From Octopus vulgaris (Eukaryota), in NCBI GenBank assembly GCA_951406725.2, contig OX597819.1, forward strand, positions 76,818,001-76,882,000: DNA of 64,000 nt, in the 5' to 3' direction. The notes under the pieces are model-generated. The model had not been told where the DNA came from, searched no databases, and saw only the letters and a program-made list of their open reading frames with translations. The position numbers were made by a program, and so were the translations under genes. Shown here piece by piece: positions 53,741 to 64,000 of the stretch (the first letter of the stretch is position 1; each line of letters starts with the position of its first letter).

Positions 53741-55074
53741 ATAAAACAAAAAGATTTATCTGTGTGATGAATTTCATTAAGAAGTTATGATATGGAGCAA
53801 ATACTTACTGTTAATTACTCTGGAATCGATTAAGTAAATACCTGACATGCACTAGAGTCTGTTCAATTTACTATACTGCTACAGTGGGTAGCTGACGTTC
53901 TTGTTGTAGTGTGGCAAAGATTTTTAATTAAATTAAAATCTAATTAAATTTGCAATCCAAAGTGATGAGAAAAAAATTTCATTTCTTTGATTACAGATTC
54001 TGTCCTAAACAGTCTAGAGAGTTAAACATGGAATTTAAATTAAGATTAATTAAATACAGACCTTATCCAAGAATCTGTCTCATCATTAGCTACAGAGTGA
54101 CAACTTGAGCCATGTTTCATTATTATTGAACATTGTACTGGGTATGATCTTAATCTGCATCTGGGAGCGGAGACCTGGTTTGGGAGTTCCAAGGTTTTGA
54201 AGAGTGTGGAACTAACTACTATTTTTGCCAGATCTACTCTAAGCCCAAGTGGTAGCACCTGTCCAGGTCCCAGTTATGGGTTAAATAACAGGTAATCAAC
54301 TGAGGATGCAGCATGGTGAATGTGAACAATTTCAGCAAATGAACTTATTGAATTAGTGGTGAATATCACTAGATGAGGTGTGGATGAATAGGCAATAAAT
54401 TGCCAGTGACCAGGATCAACCAGTTCATTTGGCAAATTGCTGCTATCATCTGTAGTTGTGATATGCACAGACAAGATATTTCAGCTAATGAAAGACCTGT
54501 GTGACTAAAACCCAGACCAGATATTCATGCTTCATCACTCAATCATCACTTGATCAGAACATCTGGTTTGGAAGAGTTGCATTAGTCTGAGAAAGTCAAC
54601 TGATCTAGATGGATGAAATCATGTCATTCAAGTATTGTCTAACTGTATAACCAAATCTAAGAACAGCTAAATAGGATATATAAATTCCATATTTCTTTAA
54701 TCTTAGATCATTTGTATTCCATACGTGTCTCCTGTGTTTCATGACAGGAATCAATTGATTAAATAATGAATTCTAATCAACACTGCAAGGCTTAATTTTA
54801 ATTGATTAATAATTCTTGGTTGGCTATAACAAATATACTAGTACACACTATCTCCACACTATCTCAGCATAAGCATCACATAGTAACTTCTTTTAACTTA
54901 CATCTGTCCAAGAGATATATCAGCTTCTACCTCTTCCTTTTCTAGAATATATAGTCTCTGGGAGAAATGAAATATATTTGAATATAATGAAGCCTCAACC
55001 TAAGTGAACTAAGAATGTAAACACATTCTATGTATGAATGTCCATGTGTATGTGTGTGTGTGTGTGTGTAGCAA

Positions 55075-55345
55075 GGGCACATGGCCTAGTGGTTAGGGTG
55101 TTGAACTCACAATCATAGTTTCAATTCCTAGACTGGGTGGTGCATTGTATTCTTGAGCAAAATACTTCATTTCAGGCTGCTCTATGATCGTTTCAACACC
55201 TGACATGTGATATGCCGTGCATTTGTCCAGGCAAAGTCAATTTGATGGAAGGCGTGAGCTAATGTATGACACATAAATTGATCGCCATAAACAAATCATT
55301 TGTACAGGTCATTCGGCAAAAGCTAAACACTCATACGTCATCTTT
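55075..55345 (+). mobile_element. Third-family SINE
   Basis: ggcacatggcctagtggttaggg...ttcaattcc...ttcttgagcaaaatacttcatttc. Confidence 0.7.
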
Positions 55346-55347
55346 AA

Positions 55348-55415
55348 TGTGGTGCAATGGATAACTCATCTGACTACGGATCAGAAGATTCCATGTTCGA
55401 ATCCTGGCAAGCTCG
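55348..55415 (+). pseudogene. tRNA-Arg(ACG) pseudogene, 5'-truncated
   Basis: tgtggtgcaatggataactcatctgactACGgatcagaagattccatgttcgaatcctggcaagctcg closely matches metazoan tRNA-Arg-ACG; most of the 5' acceptor strand missing, mismatches in D and T stems. Confidence 0.85.
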
Positions 55416-55466
55416 AAATTTTAATGGCGGTGCATCAGCATGGCCGCAGCTCTGAGCTGAAACAAG

Positions 55467-55531
<65 letters not shown>

Positions 55532-55638
55532 TATTACATATAATTTTTCTGAATCTTCAGATTTTTCAATATGCTAGGCCACTGGTTTTAAATTGATATT
55601 AATCAAATTAATATTCAATTTTTCACCCTTATTTTTTA

Positions 55639-55707
<69 letters not shown>

Positions 55708-56374
55708 TGTATGCATTTATATGCACATAAATAGACACACACAAACACACAGACACACACACATATACACATATATATATTTAAATATATATATATATAT
55801 CAGGATCATCATTTTAATGTCCACCTTTCCATGTCTGCATGGGTCTGACATATTTTACTGAGAGAGATTTTCTAAACCCAGATGTGCTTCCTGTTACCAA
55901 CCCTCACCGCTTTCCAGGCAAGGCAATATTTCTCTATGGTATGGTCTGCCACACTCTCACAGGCCATTAGGAATAAATGACAGTATTTGTATGATGATAA
56001 GACTCATTTACATCTATCACGCAACGTCAAGATAACGAAAAACAAAAGTATACATGTTCTCTTTCTGTCTCACACACACACACATGCACAGGCACACATA
56101 CACATATATATACATGCCAGGTATTTTTCAGTTAGATAGATAGATATGCATATATGTGTAGGTGGTGGTGGTGTATTTATGTGTGTATGTATACATACAT
56201 ACATATATATATATATATGTATGTGTTTATATATATATATATATATACATGTATATATACTATATATACTTATATATATATACATACACACACACATATA
56301 TACATACATAGATATATATGTATATATATATATGAAGGAGAGTCAAAAATTAAACGCAAAAATTATACACCTAT

Positions 56375-56710
56375 AGGCATAGGAGTGGCTGTGTGGTAAG
56401 TAGCTTGCTTACGAACCACATGGTTCCGGGTTCAGTCCCACTGCATGGCACCTTGGGCAAGTGTCTTCTACTATAGCCTACTAAAGCCTTGTGAGTGGAT
56501 TTGGTAGACGGAAACTGAAAGAAGCCTGTCGTATATATGTACATATATATATGTATGTGTGTGTATGTGTTCGTGTGTCTGTGTTTGTACCCCCACAACG
56601 TCACTTGACAACCGATGCTGGTGTGTTTACATCCCTGTAACTTAGCGGTTTGGCAAAAGAGACCGATAGAATAAGAACTAGGCTTACAAAGAATAAGTCC
56701 TAAGGTCAAC
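56375..56710 (+). mobile_element. CORE-like SINE, 3'-truncated
   Basis: ggagtggctgtgtggtaagtagcttgc...gggttcagtcccactgcatggcaccttgggcaagtg. Confidence 0.9.
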
Positions 56711-56719
56711 AGATCCTCA

Positions 56720-57286
56720 TTTAGGATCACAGAGAGCTGATATGCCACATCCTTGCCCAGCCGTATGTGGTGCCTGAAGGATGTAGTGACTCCACACATA
56801 ATCTCATGGAAGATCCTAGAAAAACCATGACCCTACATCAGCAGGAGCAAGTGTTGCAAGCTGCATCTAACTGAAAGGATGAGAATATTAAAGGACTCTC
56901 TCAACCTTGGTAACATCTTAAATACCAGGACAGAAGTCTTCAGACCCTACTTACACTTCAGGAGATTCCTACAGAAGTCCTGGGACACACAAGCTGGCTG
57001 GGTCAATTATGGATTGTGGTCTAAGAGAGTCAATCCCTTGCTCTTAACCCTTCTCCTTTGTCCATGTGTTCAACAACTAGCCACGAGGTCATTTCTTCCT
57101 CCACTTTGAAGGGAAATTATAGGCTATCAGCCATTAGGGTCTGAAGAGACATTGTAAGACTAAGAACTTTATGGACATGAAACCTTGTATAACTCCATAG
57201 ATTGACTATAACTATCTTCATATAATTATTCTACTGCTCTATATCTTAGAATGAGCTTCTCTTTCAAATTTATGATTTACTGACGA

Positions 57287-57290
<4 letters not shown>
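56720..57290 (+). mobile_element. Penelope-like GIY-YIG C-terminus and 3' region, decayed
   Basis: SWKILEKP*PYISRSKCCKLHLTERMRI...LNTRTEVFRPYLHFRRF resembles the W.I..PY..K.C.LCL.EK..LN.R.E..C.H motif; ends in (TA)n. Confidence 0.65.
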
Positions 57291-57331
<41 letters not shown>

Positions 57332-58219
57332 AACATATATATATTTCCAATCCACACTCTAAAGTGGTTGGTGTTAGGAAGGTCATTTAGCCATAAAAAA
57401 ATTCCTGCTAAAACAGACACAGAAGTCTGCTACAGACTCCTACCTGGTCAGGTGCTATCAAACTATCCAAACCAAGTCAGAATGGAAAGCGGACATTAAA
57501 TGATGTTGATTATATATATATATATATAAATTTGCATATGTACATGTGTCAAGCAATATATAAAACAATATTTTATATTGAAGGAATACTCAATACTTTT
57601 CAGTAGAATATATATTCATTAACAAGAAGTTGTCTGTAACTTTTTAGTGTGTGTGTGTGTGTGTGTATTATATATATATATATATCATTATACACACACT
57701 CACACACACAAATATGTATATTATTGTATATACATACCCATACACATACATCCTCTGTTATTCCTGTATGGCCTTTACTGTAGTGAAACTGAATGTATGC
57801 CAAGAATATTGGTATTGCAATTCTTCAAGGAGATTGACTTGAGAAAGCTAAAATTGCTTCAGAACACAGCTCATAATATATTGTAACTTAGAATTAATTG
57901 ATAGACAAGTGTATATATTGATTCGGATATTTGTAAAAGAGTATGAACTTATGATATGACCCATCTGCCATTCTTAATATACATCTTTTGACCTTACCAA
58001 CTAAGTTTTCTGCTTTGCATGCTATGGTCTGATTCCCCTTATGATCAGTCTTCTTCCAGTTCATTTCTGGAATACATGATGTATACAAGAGGATGTTCCT
58101 TGCATGAAAGAGTGCATTGCCGACCAAGGAGAAGCAACCGGTGTTAGAGTAGAACAAATGAAGATATGGGAAGAATTGAAGAAAACTGATATCAGGTGCT
58201 TGAAATACTATTCTTGTTC

Positions 58220-58605
58220 TTTTATTCTTTCACTTGTTTCAGTTATTTTACTATGACCATGCTGGAGCAACACCCTGAGGGATTTTAGTCGAACAAATTG
58301 ACATCCAGATATTATTTTTTAAGAATAGTACTTATTCTATCAGTCTCTTTTTCTGAACTGCTAAATTATGTGGATGTAAAGAAACCAACTCTAGATGTCA
58401 AGTGATGATGGGGGTAAAATTACAGACACAGACACACACACACATAGATACATATGTAAATATATGCGACGGGCTTCTTTCATGTTCCATCAGCCAAATC
58501 CACTCACTAATAGAAGACGACACTTATCCAAGCTGCCATGCAGTGGGATCGAACTCAGATCCATGTGTTTGCAAAGCAAACTTCTTACCACACAGCCACA
58601 CCTGC
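58220..58605 (-). mobile_element. Degenerate CORE-like SINE
   Basis: ccatgctggagca...gccatgcagtgggatcgaac...cttaccacacagccac. Confidence 0.75.
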
Positions 58606-59406
58606 ATCTATACTATAGAGATAATGGAAAGATATATCTGCAGCAAGTGGTATGATGTTGTGCTCGAGATGTCCATGCAAATATGGCAAACACATGACAA
58701 GTCACACACAAACACACACACACACATATTTATACATGCATGTGTGAGTGTGTATGTGTGTGTGTTTGTGTGTGTGTGAGTTGTCTATATTATGAGAATT
58801 TTTATTTATATATGTGCTTTAGAATCTTCAAGAAATTTAAAATAAATTGCTTTAACATGGGTGCTCAAAGCAGATTCAGCTATAGATGACAGCATGTAAA
58901 ATATTAGGTTAACAGAGTCAAAGATTGCCTGATTTATTGAATATATACACCCCCACATACATACATATATATTCTTCTACTTGTTTCAGATATTTGACTG
59001 TGGCCACACTGGAGCACCACCTTGAGGGTTTGTTTTAGTGGAACAAATTGTTCCCAGGACTTATTTTTAAGCCTAGTGCTTATTCTATCATCTCTTTTGC
59101 TGAACTGCTAAGTTACAGGGACGTAAATAACTCAATCCCAGTTGTCAAGCAGAGTTGGGGTGAAAACACAAACACATAGACACACACACATATATACACC
59201 TAAAGGTATGGAATCAAGTGGTATGTTTATTTTTCATTGGTCTAGCTTATAAACATCTAGCATCTTGCTAATTTGAGGACACAGATTTCATGGTAAGACA
59301 GTTTGACGTCTATTTTTAGCATGCAAGGGATCCACATGGTGATCTCTCCTATTCTTTATATATATATATATATATATCTTTATATATATATATACATATA
59401 TAAAAA

Positions 59407-59447
<41 letters not shown>

Positions 59448-59621
59448 TTATATATATGCAATAGGCTTCTTTCAGTTTCTAACTACCAAATCTACTTCAC
59501 AAGGCTTTGGTTGGCCTATCTTATTACGCAAAGAATTCTTATATACATATATATATATATATATACACACATTTAGATAGACAGACAGACAGACAGGTAG
59601 ATAGCTTGATACATACATATA

Positions 59622-59652
<31 letters not shown>

Positions 59653-59745
59653 GTACATACATACATACATTCTTACATATGTACATACATACATATATAC
59701 ATACAAATATACATTCATATATATATACATGCATACATACATACA

Positions 59746-59779
<34 letters not shown>

Positions 59780-59952
59780 CATGCATATATACATACATAC
59801 ATATATACATGCATATATACATTCATACATATATATACATGCATACATACATATAAACATAAATACATACATATATACATACATACATACACCTTCATGC
59901 ATAGCACATAAAAAACAACATAAGTATGTATTATCGATAATGCATGTATGTG

Positions 59953-59990
<38 letters not shown>

Positions 59991-60673
59991 TTAATAAATA
60001 TATACTCACACATGCACACAAGTACACATACACTTAGGCACATCCATACATGCATAGAAACCCTAAACCTTCATATGCACATATACACATATACCACCAT
60101 TACACTATACACAACATACTCACACACACACACACACCACCACCAACAACAACAACAACACATTACGCCGTCACTCCCAACACCCTCAATGAACCACAAT
60201 GTCATCTGACCACATTATCTTGCCACTCTAACCAGATAACTGACCACTTGCAAGGCTTGTGAAAGGAGATTGATTCGCATGAGTAGGATAAATAACTGCC
60301 TGGAGGTTATCAATGACCTATTCTGATCTGAATTCAGTCTGATTTTCCACTGGATACTGTATGATCTTACCTCAGATAAACGCTATATCAAGAGAGAAAT
60401 TGAATGAAACCTCTACTTATGTGTATGTATGTATATATGTGTGCCTCTCAGTGTTTATCTGTTTGTATGTATGTATGTATGTATATATATATGTATATAT
60501 ATATGCATATAATTATGTGTGTGTGTGTCCTTTGTTTGGAAAGGGTATATGCAGGTGTTTCGGTGTTGTGCGTCTGTGTGTGTATATGTGTGTTTAAAGG
60601 TGTATTGCATGTGTTGTGATATATATATGGATCTCTTTGTTTATGAGTTTATTGTATATGTATGTAGAGATAG

Positions 60674-60724
<51 letters not shown>

Positions 60725-61127
60725 TGGATGGATGGATGGATGGAGAGATAGTTAGATAGATAGACAAACAGATGGATGGAGGTGGGGGTGGTGATGGAAG
60801 GATGGATTGATGGATGGATAGATAAATAGATAAATAGACAGAGAGATAGAGCATACATACATAATTACATACATACATACATACATGCATACATACATAC
60901 ATATATTGAGTTAGTTGCATATGTTTTGTTTGGAGGGTTATATGTGGATGTTTTATGATTATCTGTATAGGTATGTTTATATGTGTATATTATGTTGTGT
61001 GATATATATGTAAATGTAATTGTGAATATATGCATGTGTGTGTACATCTATGTCGTTCTATTTTTTTTTTATATGTTTGTACATGTTTAGTGGAAAGAGT
61101 TGGTATGCATTTCTGCAGATTTGTGTG

Positions 61128-61227
61128 NNNNNNNNNNNNNNNNNNNNNNNNNNNNNNNNNNNNNNNNNNNNNNNNNNNNNNNNNNNNNNNNNNNNNNNNN
61201 NNNNNNNNNNNNNNNNNNNNNNNNNNN
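61128..61227. other. Assembly gap
   Basis: 100 N. Confidence 1.
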
Positions 61228-61447
61228 CTGAAAGAAGTCCGTTGTATATATATATATATACTCTTTACTCTTTTACTCTTTTACTTGTTTCAGTCATTTG
61301 ACTGCGGCCATGCTGGAGCACCACCTTTAGTCGAGCAAATCAACCCCGGGACTTATTCTTTGTAAGCCCAGTACTTATTCTATCGGTCTCTTTTGCCGAA
61401 CCGCTAAGTGACGGGGACACAAACACACCAGCATCGGTTGTCAAGCA

Positions 61448-61513
<66 letters not shown>

Positions 61514-61960
61514 TTGTGCGTCTGTGTTTGTCCCCCTAGCATTGCTTGATAACCGATGCTGGTGTGTTTATGTCCCCGTCACTTAGCGGTTCAGCAAAAG
61601 AGACTGATAGAATAAGTACTGAGCTTACAAAGAATAAGTCCCAGGGTCAAGTTGCTCGATTAAAGGTGGTGCTCCAGCATGGCCACAGTCAAATGACTGA
61701 AACAAGTAAAAGAGTAAAAGAGTATATGTGTGTGTAAATGTGTGTGTGTGTGTGTGTGTTTGTGAGAGTGTCTGTTTATGCATGTATGTGTACACATAAA
61801 CATATACTTTATACATGCTTCTTTCAGTTGCCAAATCCGCTCACAACGCTTTGGTCAGACCAAGGCTATGATAGAGGACACTTGCTCAATGTACCATGCA
61901 GTGGAACTGAACCAGAAACTGCATGATTAGGAAGCAGGCTTCTTAACCACATAGCCATAC
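61228..61960. mobile_element. CORE-like SINE halves forming an inverted pair (61263-61449 / 61540-61722), plus - head fragment 61815-61960
   Basis: SINE 3' half present in both orientations around (TA)n(TG)n. Confidence 0.85.
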
Positions 61961-61989
61961 CTACACCTGTGTAACTACACCATTATTAA

Positions 61990-62325
61990 CACTACCACCA
62001 CTATCACCACCATCACCACCACCATCACCACCACCACCACCACCATCACCATCATCACCACCACCATCACCACCACCAACACCATCACCAACACCACCAC
62101 CATCTACAACTACCACCACCACCACCACTACCACCACCACCACCACCACTATCACTACCATCACCACCACCAACACCATCACCAACACCACCACCATCTA
62201 CAACTACCACCACCACTACCACCACCACCACCACCACTATCACTACCATCACCACCACCATCACCACCACCAACACCAACCACCACCACCAACACCACCA
62301 CCACCACCATCACCACCACTACTGC
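61990..62325. repeat. (CAC/CAT)n degenerate trinucleotide repeat with internal ~70-bp duplication
   Basis: caccaccaacaccatcaccaacaccaccaccatctacaactaccacc occurs twice. Confidence 0.9.
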
Positions 62326-62589
62326 TATGGCCTTTTCATTTACATCACTACCCATATATTAAAACTACCACTCTCATGTCTCTCGTTTATACCTTTACCC
62401 TGGTATTATCACCATTATCACCACCACTAACATCAGTCAACCACCTTAACCACTATAATCACTAAAAGCACTGTCATTAACATCATCATATCATTATTAT
62501 TATGTTGTGTGCTAAATTCCAGGGGAACCACTTGGTGTTGGTAGCTTTGTTGGATACTTTGCTTCAGCTATCTCTTATTCATGTAATCT

Positions 62590-63320
62590 CACTCTGCACA
62601 TATGCAGCTTTTCTTAATGTATGAACAGATTCCTACTGCTCGTTTTTCTATAATAATTTGTATAAATGCAACCCTCCTCTCTGATTTTGATTTGGAAATC
62701 TTGAAGCGAGAGGGTTCCACACTTGTCCATGTGTTCGATCCGAATTTGATGTGGTCGTCGACGTTGTAGAAGTTTTGATGTACGACAGTCACCACATCTC
62801 AAGAGGTGGTAAGTATCAAGATGATTTAAACGTACCCTGAGAAGACGCATGAGTGGCAGGTGTTAAGCGCTGTGCAGTTGAGTTGATCCATGTATAAGAT
62901 GGCCAGCAGACCTGGGAGGCTGGATCCCATTGGTAGACCTGAGATCTGTTTATATACCTCACTGTTGTATCAGAAGTTGGTGTCACCTACTATAATGACT
63001 TGTAGTTCACTGATGTCCGAGGGTGTAAGGTGGAAAAGGTGAAGGCTGGTGAAAGACAAAGGGTAAAAGAAAGGAGGAGGAGGAGGAGGAAGAGGAAGAA
63101 GAAGAAGAAGAAGAAGAAGAAGAAGAAGAAGAAGAAGAAGAAGAAGAAGAAGAAGAAGAAGAAGAAGAAGAAGAGGAGGAGTGGGAGGAGGAGGAGGAAA
63201 GTGTAGAGGGAGACAATGACTAGGCTGAAAGGGTATTAGTTATACCTGAGTACGATGGGGTCGATATCTTTGAGTCTTTTAAAGATCTCCCTGGAGCTGT
63301 CATTGTCTCCGGAGAATATA
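62590..63320 (-). mobile_element. Penelope-like RT fragment interrupted by (CTT)n/(CCT)n
   Basis: Minus: YPFSLVIVSLYT (~63200-63235); NF*YNSEVYKQISGLPMGSSLPGLLAILYMDQL (~62880-62980); FYNVDDHIKF. Confidence 0.8.
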
Positions 63321-63329
63321 TGAAGTAGT

Positions 63330-63750
63330 GGTTTGAGGAGTTTGTGGGTAAACAACATAAGAAAGCCCCATAACACCAAGTCGGAAAAATGTTTCCTTAA
63401 GCTGCCCTATTTCGGCGACAGAACATGTATTGTTATTCAAAATGCGATCTGCAGGGAGGAACTCAACATACAGCTGATGCACACCAGTCCATCCCCGAGG
63501 AAACTTCTGTTGGGGAAAATACTAGAGAGAGCACTGTGGGGTGCACACTCACCAACTGCCCCATCAGCTATATCAAAACATGCTCGAGGGCCTCTGTAGT
63601 ATACAAAGAAGTAGTCTTCAAAAAATGCGGGGCATCCTATATAGGGAGCACTACCAGGAAACTGCACATCTGTATAAAAGAGCACATACACACGGGCACT
63701 TCAATAAAGAAACATTCCAAGAAATGTAAAATCCAGATAAAAACATGATT
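63330..63750 (+). mobile_element. Penelope-like linker and GIY-YIG fragment
   Basis: FLKLPYFGD...CTLTNCPI...CSRASVVYK....KCGASYIGSTTRKLHICIKEH. Confidence 0.85.
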
Positions 63751-63868
63751 AAACAGATCATCCTGTATTTTCTTTCAACCAAAAACCAGGAAACTTTCAG
63801 TACCACCTCGTACACATGCACACACACACAAACACACACACACAAACACGCACACACATATGTGTGTA

Positions 63869-63904
<36 letters not shown>

Positions 63905-64000
63905 TGTATGTATATACACGTATATGAATGTGTGGCCGTTAGCGCGTATGTGTTGTGTGTACGCACATATACTGGGCAGGCCTTAAAGTTGCATCCAGTT

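Noticed and set aside
54280-54620. Possible LINE RT remnant (also 57900-58160)
   Set aside because: Too degenerate to read diagnostic motifs with confidence.
55348-55415. Functional tRNA-Arg gene
   Set aside because: Most of the 5' acceptor strand is absent and the D and T stems are mismatched.

Overview
AT-rich, microsatellite-saturated animal DNA with no confidently identifiable host protein-coding gene; the SINE families and repeat landscape look like an octopus/coleoid cephalopod genome (inference). Most listed ORFs are translations of (TA)n/(CA)n/(TATG)n repeats. The window is a mosaic of decayed mobile elements: three tRNA-derived SINE families, Penelope-like retroelements (GIY-YIG and RT fragments), R4/Dong, CRE and RTE LINE fragments, hAT, Chapaev3, mariner and Tc1 remnants, non-autonomous Helitrons and a MITE with telomere-like repeats. 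The most notable unannotated signal is a dense set of type I hammerhead ribozyme motifs from about five unrelated sequence families on both strands (e.g. 19950-20008, 21593-21652, 29024-29065, 33281-33322, and a repeated ~200-bp unit at 11221, 38928, 39489, 45918 with a relative at 45183). These sit in short non-coding Penelope-like terminal units next to microsatellites. There are also several long fold-back palindromes centred on A/T simple repeats, and a tRNA-Arg(ACG) fragment fused to a retroposon tail. There is a 100-N assembly gap at 61128-61227. All structures were read by eye; none was computed or database-searched.
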